From: a virus
Virus record (IMG/VR): IMGVR_UViG_3300001989_000001
Span: 1 to 38,615 of that record
Strand: one strand, 5' to 3'
DNA length: 38,615 nt
Of this stretch, positions 1 through 8,815 are shown one piece after another. Numbering within the stretch: the first letter of the stretch is position 1; the number at the start of each line of letters is the position of its first letter. The notes under the pieces were generated by a model, which was not told where the DNA came from, searched no databases, and saw only the letters and a program-made list of their open reading frames with translations. Made by a program: the position numbers and the translations under genes.

Positions 1-79
1 AAGACGATACACCCTTCCCGGCAAGCGCTTTAAAAGCAGCTGAGGCAGCAATCAGTGCACCACCGGCAATAATGGCTGG
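1..79. repeat. Terminal overlap, copy 1 (identical to 38537..38615); signature of circular assembly or terminal redundancy
   Basis: Bases 1-79 match 38537-38615 letter for letter, read directly. Confidence 0.95.
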
Positions 80-2002
80 TATGCCCTGTAAGGTTTCTAA
101 TGATGTCTGGAATGCTTGTATAGCTAGGCCCTGCACAATTAATACTTTACCTAATTCAGATAGAAAGCCTGAAATGGCATTTACGAAACCGGCTGTAGCT
201 GCCCCTATATCTCCGGTGGCCAGCGCCGTACCGATACCTTCAGCCAGGCTGGAAATACTGTTTTGTGTGCTTTTATTTATCAAATCGTTAAGCTCTTTGG
301 TAAATGCATTTAACTCCGGAGCAAACTCTTGTTTCAAGCCCTTCATTAATGTGGCTATAGTATTCGCATTGCTGGCAGCTGGCAATGGCTGTATTTTAAC
401 AGGTATTTGAAGCGTAACCGGAGTAGGCGCCAAAGTAGATTGAAGTGCCTTTATTTGATCTTTTATTGCATTCGCTAACGTAGATCCAGGCAACACCCCA
501 ACAGTGGATAATTCTTTCAACGCATCGGTTAGGCGTTTTATTTTATCTTCCGATAAATCCCTTAATGAACCACCCGCACCAGCAAAACCAGCATCCAATC
601 CGACAAGATCCTGATTTAAATCCTTCATTATATCAGATACCGTTTTCACACTTTTTGTACTCGATTCGGCAATGGGCCTAAGCGCGGATATTTGTGAACC
701 TATATCTTTTAACGCAGGCTGTGCCTGAGCACCTCCTATTTTTGACACATCTTCAAAAGCCTTAGTTAACACGGATATTTTATCCCGTGCAACGTCTTTT
801 GCAGTTTCTCCCGTTAGCTGGGCTTTAGTATTTATTGTTGATAGGTCGGAAGATAGCTTTGCTAATATCTGCGGAACGGTAGCGCCTATCTTTATATCCA
901 GCACCTTTGCGCCAAACTGTTCTACAAGTTTTAATTGTTCTTGCTGGATGGCCGATGCCTGTAGATCCAGCTTGTTTTGTTTTGCTTTGTTATCATTTAT
1001 TTTATTCTGAATGGCAGCAATATCACGGCTATTATCTAACACGCTTTTACCAAACAATAATGAACCTTTATTCCCATTCTGTTGTAGGTCTATCAATTCA
1101 TCATTAAGTTTTCTGGCTTCTAACCTCAATTCAAACAATTCTTTACCCTGAGCCGATATTGCATCGTTTCCTGCTTTTACAGCTGCCTGTGCAAGTATTG
1201 TTTTTGTAAGTGATTTATACGCTTCATCTGCTTTCCCGGCTGCAATGGCTTCAGCTGTTAATCCATTAAAGGTATCGGGATACTGCTTAATTAATTGATC
1301 GGTAATTAACTTTCTTTCGCTCAGAGGAATGTTCCCGTCTTTAACAGCGGTGAATAATAGGCTTAATTGGGCTATTTGACCGGTAACGGCTGGGCCGCCT
1401 TCAACAATGGCCCTATTCAGCGCCAGAACGCCTTTTTCCTGCTCAGTTATGAAAGGATTTAATGCTTGTAAGGCATTGGAAAGGCTGCCGTATTTTTGTA
1501 TTAAGGTGGTTACAGCAGATGAGACAACACTAAATGCAAGTGCAATACCACCAGCTCCCAACAATGCAGAGCCTATAGCCTTGAAACCTTCAGCTGCATT
1601 TTTAGATTGGGAAAATATAGATCCAAAGGATTGTACCAATGGATCAAGGTTATTTTGTATTGCGATAAATCCGAACGGAAGATCTGAAGCAACGCGGCCC
1701 AGATTTGTTAAAGCCGCACCGGCATTAATGGTACCTTTGTTTACATTATCTATAGGAGTTTTAACAGACTGTATGGCCTTTCCGGCGGCCGATACCGAAT
1801 TGGCTACTTTTGCTGTGCTGCTGGAAGCGCTGTTATTTGATTTAGTATAATCGTCCAGGCTCTTAGATAGGCCGCCAAATTGTGCAGAAAGATCCTTGGT
1901 TATTTTGGTCAGTTCGTCCGCTGCTTTCTCAAAAGCTAAAATGCCTTTTAGACCATCCCCTATATCGGTCGATATGACAACTTTGAGTTCTTCTTCAGTC
2001 AT
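1..2002 (-). CDS. Tape measure protein, N-terminal about 667 codons (ORF continues across the circular junction)
   Basis: Hand translation is open from ATG 2002..2000 to base 1: MTEEELKVVISTDIGDGLKGILAFEKAADELTK... The sequence is long and Ala/Gly/Ser/Gln/Lys-rich. It lies directly after the chaperone genes, with an ATGA overlap with the stop of 1999..2298. It is absent from the ORF track only because no stop falls inside this end of the window. Confidence 0.9.
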   Translation of the reverse strand, partial: MTEEELKVVISTDIGDGLKGILAFEKAADELTKITKDLSAQFGGLSKSLDDYTKSNNSASSSTAKVANSVSAAGKAIQSVKTPIDNVNKGTINAGAALTNLGRVASDLPFGFIAIQNNLDPLVQSFGSIFSQSKNAAEGFKAIGSALLGAGGIALAFSVVSSAVTTLIQKYGSLSNALQALNPFITEQEKGVLALNRAIVEGGPAVTGQIAQLSLLFTAVKDGNIPLSERKLITDQLIKQYPDTFNGLTAEAIAAGKADEAYKSLTKTILAQAAVKAGNDAISAQGKELFELRLEARKLNDELIDLQQNGNKGSLLFGKSVLDNSRDIAAIQNKINDNKAKQNKLDLQASAIQQEQLKLVEQFGAKVLDIKIGATVPQILAKLSSDLSTINTKAQLTGETAKDVARDKISVLTKAFEDVSKIGGAQAQPALKDIGSQISALRPIAESSTKSVKTVSDIMKDLNQDLVGLDAGFAGAGGSLRDLSEDKIKRLTDALKELSTVGVLPGSTLANAIKDQIKALQSTLAPTPVTLQIPVKIQPLPAASNANTIATLMKGLKQEFAPELNAFTKELNDLINKSTQNSISSLAEGIGTALATGDIGAATAGFVNAISGFLSELGKVLIVQGLAIQAFQTSLETLQGIPAIIAGGALIAASAAFKALAGKGVSS

Positions 2003-2298
2003 GATGCAGCTTTTTGTTGTAATAATTTCCTCTGCCTGTTGGCTTCCTGAGCACGTTTAAAGCGCTCTTTCATTTCATCAATATTATCCACCGTAATCCC
2101 ATCTATCATATCAAGAGGCCAATGTTTTGATATTGCAGATCCATATACAGGATGTTTTGATGAATTAACATTGTATAGTAACTGGTACAGCTTTCTAAAT
2201 GGTACCTGATCCTTTTGTTTTCGCATTAAAAAACCGTGGGAAGCCTGGTGATATTCATTTAATGACATATTCCGGAAGTCCCACGGTTTAAGGCCCAT
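1999..2298 (-). CDS. Tail assembly chaperone T-like ORF, probably expressed as a G-T fusion by -1 frameshift
   Basis: ORF track. Its frame stays open upstream to 2364 and is the -1 frame relative to 2349..2669. It sits between the chaperone and the tape measure gene. Confidence 0.75.
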   Translation of the reverse strand: MGLKPWDFRNMSLNEYHQASHGFLMRKQKDQVPFRKLYQLLYNVNSSKHPVYGSAISKHWPLDMIDGITVDNIDEMKERFKRAQEANRQRKLLQQKAAS

Positions 2299-2348
2299 TT
2301 CACCAAACGCAAACTGTTGTATTTGATGAAATAATATGGGCTTTTCAG

Positions 2349-2669
2349 TTAGCTTTTTTTTTCCTCATCAGTTGATTGCATCCCATTCACACGGGCCGAA
2401 TTTACATAGGCACCCAGTAGTTCCGCAATTTCAACACCGGAAAAATCCTTCAGCATTTTCTTTACCTGTTCAATGCTGAATTTTATCGGTCGCTCTGCCC
2501 TTTCATCTACTCTGGCCAATGCTCCGTATAATACGAATGCAGCCTGATCGCCAATGGCGGTAATGCCTAACAGGGGATTAGAGGGATCATTGCCCGTAAT
2601 GGCCCCGATAAGCTCAAAAGTACCCCAATCAAAACGTAGGGTGTACTCAGAAATGGTTACATCTTTCAT
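2349..2669 (-). CDS. Tail assembly chaperone (G-like)
   Basis: A 106-aa acidic protein between the major tail protein and the tape measure gene. It ends in the slippery run. Confidence 0.75.
   Translation of the reverse strand: MKDVTISEYTLRFDWGTFELIGAITGNDPSNPLLGITAIGDQAAFVLYGALARVDERAERPIKFSIEQVKKMLKDFSGVEIAELLGAYVNSARVNGMQSTDEEKKS
2354..2362 (-). promoter_or_regulatory. Slippery A9 run (G AAA AAA AAA GC) for a -1 programmed frameshift giving the G-T chaperone fusion
   Basis: Nine T on the + strand lie two codons before the TAA of 2349..2669. The -1 frame reads GGA AAA AAA AAG CTA ACT GAA AAG CCC... with no stop until it enters the 1999..2298 ORF. Confidence 0.7.
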
Positions 2670-2685
2670 ATGCCAATATTAATTA

Positions 2686-3129
2686 TTAAGTAGTAGGGGG
2701 GATAGTGATAACGCCACCAACGATACTAATAGCAACGGTGGCACCTACCACGTCATTGTTATTAAACGTCTCATTGAATGATGTGATGGAGCCCCGGAAT
2801 TCACGGTAAACAATTGACGGATCATCAATATGGATTATCCTCCAATGTTTAACAGCACCATTACCATTATAGTTCAGATCGGCCATTGTTACCTGGCTTA
2901 CCTGGCCTACATCCGGTGTTTTATTCCAGAACATGGTAAAGTTCGCAGTAAATGTTGCGGTACCTGCAAGTGTTGCATCACCGCACTTACTATTTGCGTC
3001 GATAGTATCGCGGGAAGTGTCCAGATCAGTATCAGTTACACAACCAATTACAAGCCATTCAGGCACATCAGTAAGTGATTCGTCGTATTCGATTGCTACC
3101 TCATTACCATTAAATGGAGTGTTAGCCAT
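2686..3129 (-). CDS. Major tail (tube) protein
   Basis: A 147-aa ORF immediately upstream of the chaperone pair, the conserved siphovirus position. No sheath gene is present. Confidence 0.7.
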   Translation of the reverse strand: MANTPFNGNEVAIEYDESLTDVPEWLVIGCVTDTDLDTSRDTIDANSKCGDATLAGTATFTANFTMFWNKTPDVGQVSQVTMADLNYNGNGAVKHWRIIHIDDPSIVYREFRGSITSFNETFNNNDVVGATVAISIVGGVITIPPTT

Positions 3130-3134
3130 GGTGT

Positions 3135-3569
3135 TTAATTTTCTGTTATTGAATAAGTTATTCTTATGTTCTTGTCAATATATTTGTTAGATCCATCTTC
3201 ATAGGTTTGATTGCCTATAATAAACCCCTGAGCGCGCCATAATGTAAATTCAGGACCTAAATCCATTGTCGGATAAAGGGGTACTAATCTGGTTAGTATT
3301 TCACTAGATATATGATCCACTGCATCTTTATTGACCCGCGCGGTTCCCGGAAATATTTGTGTAACCTTAATAACCCTGGACCAATCTCCACCAAAACCGC
3401 ACTTGGTGGAAGGCGCGCCACCCCCGTTTATTTCCTGGAATATTATCCGTATATCCGGAGCAGTATCCGGCGCCATTTCATCATATACCGGAACTTGATT
3501 TCCGGCCCATAAGATGCCAGCCAGCAACTCAGCTTCAGCAACTCGTATGTTATATGATGGATCTTTCAT
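3135..3569 (-). CDS. Tail terminator / tail completion protein (assigned by position)
   Basis: A 144-aa ORF between the gp10-like protein and the major tail protein, with a 4-nt overlap upstream. Confidence 0.5.
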   Translation of the reverse strand: MKDPSYNIRVAEAELLAGILWAGNQVPVYDEMAPDTAPDIRIIFQEINGGGAPSTKCGFGGDWSRVIKVTQIFPGTARVNKDAVDHISSEILTRLVPLYPTMDLGPEFTLWRAQGFIIGNQTYEDGSNKYIDKNIRITYSITEN

Positions 3570-4180
3570 TTTATGGATTCTCTTATTACTGTCTGAACTC
3601 TTTCAATTATTTGCGGCCTAACCTTAACAAAAGCTGGCCATAAAAATGGATGTGCATATATCCCATTTTGGACTATTCCCAGGTAAATAGCATATGCTAT
3701 TTTTTCATCTTCATTTCGCTGAGTTTTTTTTGATCCTAATCGCCGCTGCGTTTTAACAGAGTACGAGCCGGCTAATCCCTTTGACCTTACCCACTCAGTA
3801 AGGCGCTTTATCATTTCGATACCGCCAGCCCTATTACTCCCTCTTTTAAATAGAGCTGCATAATCTTTCCATTCTGCCGGTATATTTATTCTTGCACCGG
3901 TTCCGAACTCCACATATGCAGCATATGGGGCTGTATTGATTATTTCAAATATGCCGGGTGCGCTTTCGATCATTTGCTGACTTCCCAGCAGTCCACCCCC
4001 GCCACCTGAGGCGCCAATACTGCCGTTGGCAGCAATATTTTGGGCAGCTAATGAATTTATTTCCAATGCGGATGCTTCCAGCTCTTTAATCACATCTGTT
4101 TTAATAGCAATAGTCAAGTTCTTTAACTTTTCTTTCAGACTTTCAATCCCCTCTATTTTGAAGCCGTTAGACATTTGCAA
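3566..4180 (-). CDS. HK97 gp10-family head-tail/tail component
   Basis: Contains the PYAAYVEFGTG motif typical of the HK97 gp10-like family, and sits in the connector cluster. Confidence 0.7.
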   Translation of the reverse strand: MQMSNGFKIEGIESLKEKLKNLTIAIKTDVIKELEASALEINSLAAQNIAANGSIGASGGGGGLLGSQQMIESAPGIFEIINTAPYAAYVEFGTGARINIPAEWKDYAALFKRGSNRAGGIEMIKRLTEWVRSKGLAGSYSVKTQRRLGSKKTQRNEDEKIAYAIYLGIVQNGIYAHPFLWPAFVKVRPQIIERVQTVIRESIK

Positions 4181-4487
4181 CCGCTATTATTTCAAAAAAT
4201 CTTTCCCTATTTTCTTTCAGCTGCCGGATACTGTTGATAGTATAATTAATCCCTTCAAATTGTACAAGTTCCTTTTTGGTCGGAGCCGGAGATCTGTATC
4301 TAATGATGAACTGAAAGCCATTTTGTAGCTCCACCTGATTATCCTGCAATGTCCTGCTGCTGGATAGGTCTATCACTTTTGCCCAACAAGTAAGTAAAGG
4401 ATTGTATTCTGTGCTACCACCCGCGCCAGGTAGATCTGTATCAACCGGCTGAAGGAAGGTAATCCTATCTCTCATCGCTCCTATCAT
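4167..4487 (-). CDS. Head-tail adaptor / head closure protein (Phage_H_T_join-like)
   Basis: A 106-aa ORF whose N-terminus, MRDRITFLQP...GGSTEYNPLLTCWAKV, resembles head-tail joining proteins. The position is consistent. Confidence 0.65.
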   Translation of the reverse strand: MIGAMRDRITFLQPVDTDLPGAGGSTEYNPLLTCWAKVIDLSSSRTLQDNQVELQNGFQFIIRYRSPAPTKKELVQFEGINYTINSIRQLKENRERFFEIIAVANV

Positions 4488-5050
4488 TAGAACCCAATAT
4501 TACGCCGGTAAGGAAAGGCCTTTTGCCGCGCTTTAGGCGCAAAAGAACTACTATTTTCGTCCAGATCTTCACCACGATGTTCATAGGCGAATGCAATATA
4601 TGATTTCATTGCACCTAGTAACGGCTGTGGAATCGGATCATACCCAGACACATAAGACACTTTGAACTGACCATATCCCATAAGTACAGGAAAATTATTA
4701 TCAAAACCCTGTATCTGTATACATCCGGTGCTTATGGCATTATCGTTAAGGTCGGTTATCGTAATAGCGGAAAGATCCCTAACAGGACCATATGGTAATT
4801 CTTGCCTATTTTTAACCGATACAAGGGCGTCTACCTGGCTTTCAACCAAACATATGCCGCAATACTTTTCCAGCCATTGACGGGCCTCTGTGATAAGATC
4901 TGTTATAATTTCATCGTCTGTATCAATTTCTTCCATCTTCAGCCATTCTTTTGCCTGCTCCTTTGTAACGGGTTCCGTTGGGGCAGGATTGACCGCCACA
5001 CGGGCACGCGCACTGTTTATCAGCTGGCAATCGGATGGGTAGATATTCAT
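4487..5050 (-). CDS. Head-tail connector (gp6-like, DNA-packaging QLRG-type)
   Basis: The N-terminal segment TKEQAKEWLKMEEIDTDDEIITDLITEARQWLEKYCG matches the gp6-like connector pattern. It is the first gene after the capsid gene. Confidence 0.65.
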   Translation of the reverse strand: MNIYPSDCQLINSARARVAVNPAPTEPVTKEQAKEWLKMEEIDTDDEIITDLITEARQWLEKYCGICLVESQVDALVSVKNRQELPYGPVRDLSAITITDLNDNAISTGCIQIQGFDNNFPVLMGYGQFKVSYVSGYDPIPQPLLGAMKSYIAFAYEHRGEDLDENSSSFAPKARQKAFPYRRNIGF

Positions 5051-5105
5051 ATACTTTTTTTGTTATATTGGATATTTCTTTCTTTTCTTTCATGGCTTAA
5101 AATAT

Positions 5106-5132
5106 GGCCGATGGCTTTTTACACCACCGGCC
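5106..5132 (-). terminator. Hairpin just downstream of the major capsid gene (candidate attenuator/terminator)
   Basis: GGCCGATGG (5106-5114) pairs with CCACCGGCC (5124-5132). The single non-Watson-Crick position is G.U only in the minus-strand RNA. It is followed by AUAUUUUA. Confidence 0.45.
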
Positions 5133-5153
5133 TATTTTTGGGGCTATGGTTAA

Positions 5154-6407
5154 TTAGGTAGTAATACCAGTAAACGTGCCTTGTACGAACGCCTCTGCAC
5201 GGTATATAGCCAGTGCAACGCGGCCCTCAATACGCACGGTGATCTTGTTGGTAGTAACGTTATTGGCGTCCTGATCAAAGAACTCCACCACCGGTTGCTC
5301 ACGAATGAACAGCTGGCAGCCCAGTTCAAAATCACCTACCAGGTAGGTATCAGCATCAATAGCGGTTGTTTTGTAAACCGGTACACCAGCTACATATAGC
5401 TGACCGTTTTGAATAACCACGATACCAGGCAGATCATATTCACCGGAGCCGGTTGCCTTGTTAAGGGCAATGTCGTAGTAAGCTGCCGGGTGTACTACAA
5501 TGCCGGTAGCGGTGTAATCAGAGCTTTCCAGCTGGCTGATAGCCTTAACTAGACGCTCAATGTTCGGACCGGTAGTAACATTAGCGGCAACGGCAACGGT
5601 CAACAGACCTTCCAGCTGAGGGGATACACCAGAACCGTTTAAGACCTGATTATCTTCAACTTTAAGGTACATTTCCATTAAGCGCATTTGCAAATAGCTA
5701 CGGAAAGCGGCCATATCGTCCAGCATCTTACGGGATACACGCAACCAGCCAGCAATATATTCAGCCGGCACAGTAATCTCGATGAAATCCAGGTCGAACT
5801 GTGGTTTATCGCCATTCTCCAATACTGGGGTGAGTGTGCCCTCTCCGCCCACTTCCCGCATATAGGTCAATGAGCTGGTAGACATGGTGCCCAGCGGTAT
5901 AATCTGTCGCATGTGCACCTTACGATTGGGCAGCGCGCGAATGCCTACCTGAACGGTAGTAAAGTATGCGCCAGCATCCGTAACGTTGGTGGTAATACCC
6001 ATATCACCAGGCGCTTTAGTTTCCTGGGGGGTAATCTTAAATTTCAGACGGCGCCCACCGGTGCGATCTTTAAATTTCTCAATCTCGCTCCAATTATCTT
6101 CAACAGCCTTGCCGATCAGGTCTACAAATTTCAGCTGTTCAGCAGGTGTAAGCTGTTTTTGCTTCATTTGCTTCTCTATGCTCTGAGCATATTCGTTTAC
6201 CGTTTTCAGGTCGGTTTCCTGTTTTTTATACTTTTCTTCCCATTCCAGGGCAGCCTTTTTCATGGCTTCAAGATCGTCGGTTACTTTTTTATGGGCTTCC
6301 TGTGCCTTTTGGGCTTCAGTTTTCAGCCCCTTCACTTCTGTGAGTAATTCCTCAACGCCACCGCCGCCAGGATCCGGAGAATAAAATTTTAAAAACGTTC
6401 TTAGCAT
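5154..6407 (-). CDS. Major capsid protein, HK97 fold, with an N-terminal coiled-coil delta/scaffold domain
   Basis: A 417-aa ORF directly after the prohead protease. About 110 N-terminal residues are charged heptad-like sequence (EELLTEVKGLKTEAQKAQEAHKK...). No separate scaffold gene is present. Confidence 0.85.
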   Translation of the reverse strand: MLRTFLKFYSPDPGGGGVEELLTEVKGLKTEAQKAQEAHKKVTDDLEAMKKAALEWEEKYKKQETDLKTVNEYAQSIEKQMKQKQLTPAEQLKFVDLIGKAVEDNWSEIEKFKDRTGGRRLKFKITPQETKAPGDMGITTNVTDAGAYFTTVQVGIRALPNRKVHMRQIIPLGTMSTSSLTYMREVGGEGTLTPVLENGDKPQFDLDFIEITVPAEYIAGWLRVSRKMLDDMAAFRSYLQMRLMEMYLKVEDNQVLNGSGVSPQLEGLLTVAVAANVTTGPNIERLVKAISQLESSDYTATGIVVHPAAYYDIALNKATGSGEYDLPGIVVIQNGQLYVAGVPVYKTTAIDADTYLVGDFELGCQLFIREQPVVEFFDQDANNVTTNKITVRIEGRVALAIYRAEAFVQGTFTGITT

Positions 6408-6410
6408 AAA

Positions 6411-7142
6411 TTAAATATTATAAAATTTATTAATGGATTTTAACTCCGTAAGAACAGAGCTGTAATCAATGGCCTCTATTAATTGTGCTTCCTGCTCGGG
6501 TGCCTCTGCGGCGGCGCGTTCGGAGATTGCATTATCAGTAGCAGCCTGTATCAATTGGCGCATCTTTATTTCAAGAAGCGTAAAAGTATCGTCGGTGTAT
6601 TTGCCATTACGGAGTCCCTTCATCGTAAGGGTTAATTCATCCTGAATTTCTTCCGGCGTTAGCTTCATAGATTTTATGTCTACGAATTTGGCAGCTGGAT
6701 TCGCAGCCCATAAGACTACCGAGCCCTCAAATAGCTGTATTTCAGATATTTCATTGTATCCATTTTTCTGCTGCTGACGTATGGTGCGGAACCCTATTGA
6801 TTGGTGCTTAAAATGCCCATCTGCGTACATTTGTAATGTATCGCTTGATATATCATTATCAGGCATTTTATGCCGGGCAAGTAGTCCATAGTTATCTTCT
6901 ATGAGCTCAAAGGGGGGGACTAATGGCAAATCTGGATTGTGGAATTTTATAAACCATATTTCACCCAGGCCGCCAGGGCCTTGTTCTTTTATGGTTTTAG
7001 AGAAAGATCCCTTTAGTATGACATCATTATCTCGATCCTTATTATCGAAAGCGGAATAATAAACGGATAGGATTCTACCGGTCGTATCAACGTCCTTAAC
7101 ACTATATTGCTTGGATGTATTTTTTTTACGTGAATATACCAT
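6411..7142 (-). CDS. Prohead maturation protease (HK97/S78-like)
   Basis: A 243-aa ORF 3 nt upstream of the capsid gene. Size and position are typical. No motif-level confirmation was done. Confidence 0.7.
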   Translation of the reverse strand: MVYSRKKNTSKQYSVKDVDTTGRILSVYYSAFDNKDRDNDVILKGSFSKTIKEQGPGGLGEIWFIKFHNPDLPLVPPFELIEDNYGLLARHKMPDNDISSDTLQMYADGHFKHQSIGFRTIRQQQKNGYNEISEIQLFEGSVVLWAANPAAKFVDIKSMKLTPEEIQDELTLTMKGLRNGKYTDDTFTLLEIKMRQLIQAATDNAISERAAAEAPEQEAQLIEAIDYSSVLTELKSINKFYNI

Positions 7143-7179
7143 TTAACCGCTGTTTTGCGGTTCTGGCGGGAGGTCAGCA

Positions 7180-7209
7180 CAAATATATACTTTTTTTCAC
7201 AATACCAAA
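7180..7209 (-). promoter_or_regulatory. Candidate Bacteroidota-type promoter for the protease-capsid-tail operon
   Basis: The minus strand reads TTTG (7209-7206), an 18-nt spacer, then TATATTTG (7187-7180). An AACCGC/GCGGTT hairpin (7145-7162) lies in the leader, 2 nt before the ATG. Confidence 0.5.
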
Positions 7210-7290
7210 TAATTGGGGTAATTTTGTGCCGGTTCTGATAGGAGGTCAAAACTATCAGTTTGTTACAGTTTTGGTTAAAATATTAAAATA

Positions 7291-7314
7291 ATACCCGGTA
7301 TTTCTACCGGGTAT
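7291..7314 (-). terminator. Intrinsic terminator after 7322..7576
   Basis: A perfect 10-bp stem, ATACCCGGTA / TACCGGGTAT, with a 4-nt loop. The minus RNA continues UAUUUUAAUAUUUU. The stem begins 8 nt after the stop codon. Confidence 0.75.
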
Positions 7315-7321
7315 TTTTGTT

Positions 7322-7576
7322 TTAATCCTTCTGGCCGCCATCCGCCACCGTGCCATCTGCTGCCCCGACGGTACCGCTTGCCTGTTTTGCTGATTCCGGG
7401 ATAGCCTCATCTTCCAGCTCCGCTACAAATCGGGTGTGATTTCCCGCTTCCCCTTCCAGCTTACATGCAGGATAACCATTGCTTAAATAGACACTTTTTA
7501 CTGTGAATGTTCCCAGCTGGGGCATAGCCGAGATGTGCACGCGATCGCCCGGTGAGGGCATTTTGAATTTTGCCAT
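7322..7576 (-). CDS. Hypothetical small protein (possible SH3/KOW-like beta protein)
   Basis: ORF track, 84 aa. The PGDRVHI motif resembles the N-termini of 8972..9235 and 9554..9787. Confidence 0.6.
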   Translation of the reverse strand: MAKFKMPSPGDRVHISAMPQLGTFTVKSVYLSNGYPACKLEGEAGNHTRFVAELEDEAIPESAKQASGTVGAADGTVADGGQKD

Positions 7577-7595
7577 ATATATGTGTGTTTAATAA

Positions 7596-8213
7596 TTATC
7601 GTTTAAGTCCAAAATCAGACCGTTTTATTTTGCAATGCCTGCCGTCCGGATGCCACCATACTACCCCCTCAATATCTGGGCGTACATGCAGTAAATAATT
7701 TTTTATCTCATCGAAGGTTCTGGGAAAGTTCGAGATTACATGTATGCCATGGTGTATAAGCTGATGATGATCAAATTTATCTTTATTACCATTTACTTTA
7801 GGCCCAACTAATTCATAGGTACCATTTACAGCATAAAATGTATCATTCCTATCTAATCCATTTCTGATTTTTTGGAATGCTTCCCTATAAAGGGCATCCT
7901 CTGGACCATCACCTACTAATAACCATCCTGGTACATTTCCCGTTATGGGATCCGGATCTTGCGCTGGTAAGAATCCAATGGGAGCTGCCTTCCCATTTTT
8001 AACTTCATGCCTTTTATAGAGTGCGCCTTCCCGTATCATACAACAGGTGCCGTCCCACTTTCTGGTAGCAACACCCTCTCCATTAATCACCCATTCACAA
8101 CCAGGTGTTATTTGTTCTGTAGCCAAAAATCTACCTTTATTAAGGCCTGGCATCGTGGCATAAGTTGTTGGGCTTTCAAAATCCCTTACAAATAATGTTG
8201 GTATTTTCTGCAT
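7596..8213 (-). CDS. Minimal ATP-dependent RNA/DNA ligase-like nucleotidyltransferase
   Basis: Covalent nucleotidyltransferase motifs occur in order: I ATRKWDGTCCMI (KxDG), III TYELVGPK, IV DIEGVVWWH, V CKIKRSDF. At 205 aa there is no room for an OB domain. Confidence 0.6.
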   Translation of the reverse strand: MQKIPTLFVRDFESPTTYATMPGLNKGRFLATEQITPGCEWVINGEGVATRKWDGTCCMIREGALYKRHEVKNGKAAPIGFLPAQDPDPITGNVPGWLLVGDGPEDALYREAFQKIRNGLDRNDTFYAVNGTYELVGPKVNGNKDKFDHHQLIHHGIHVISNFPRTFDEIKNYLLHVRPDIEGVVWWHPDGRHCKIKRSDFGLKR

Positions 8214-8215
8214 AA

Positions 8216-8815
8216 TTAACTGATTGATGGATCGTGAATATAAAGATATTTGTTGTCCTTGTCCCGTCGATACCTAGCAGCCAATACTATTCTTTTTCCG
8301 TTATCCACACCTTCATATTGGATCATGTAGAAAGGAAGTTTGATAGACCATGCTTTTGTATGGCCATCAAATGGTCCTCCCTGAAGGGTAATACGATCAG
8401 GAAGCTGGCTTGTTATGGGGTTCACATCCCCTGGCACAGACGTATCAATCGTTATTTCTAAGGGTCTGGTATCTTGTATCTGAGAATCCAATTTAGCCCA
8501 CTTATGATTTTCTAATGCCAATTTTTCAACTGTAGGCAATTGAGAGACATTCTTCAGTTTTACCCCGTTATAATAGAAATCGCCATTTACGTGGTAAATT
8601 CGGACTTCAACCGGCTCAGCGTGCCCAGGCATTGTTTTATAGAAATAATCGAAATCTTCCCCATCTGCGCGCGCAATGCGACCGTTCACAATAACCTTCT
8701 TCCCTAGCTTGTGCTCAATCTTTTCTTTTGGGCTCAGTCTATCCAGCTTGTAGATATAACCGGATTCCCGGAGCTGGACGGCAGTTAACTTTGGTTTTCT
8801 CCCCCTTTTAGCCAT
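8216..8815 (-). CDS. Hypothetical protein
   Basis: ORF track, 199 aa, co-oriented, 2-nt gap to the ligase-like gene. Confidence 0.65.
   Translation of the reverse strand: MAKRGRKPKLTAVQLRESGYIYKLDRLSPKEKIEHKLGKKVIVNGRIARADGEDFDYFYKTMPGHAEPVEVRIYHVNGDFYYNGVKLKNVSQLPTVEKLALENHKWAKLDSQIQDTRPLEITIDTSVPGDVNPITSQLPDRITLQGGPFDGHTKAWSIKLPFYMIQYEGVDNGKRIVLAARYRRDKDNKYLYIHDPSIS

Noticed and set aside
72-1850. Plus-strand ORFs 72..410, 907..1107 and 1407..1850 from the ORF track
   Set aside because: All lie antisense within the continuous minus-strand tape-measure ORF, which has a convincing protein sequence and context. Their low-complexity translations look like shadow ORFs.
8301-8309. Exact DnaA box TTATCCACA (possible origin, given the DnaA domain IV gene)
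   Set aside because: It is a single copy inside a coding region. One chance occurrence of a 9-mer in about 77 kb of two-strand sequence is not surprising, and I saw no cluster of boxes.
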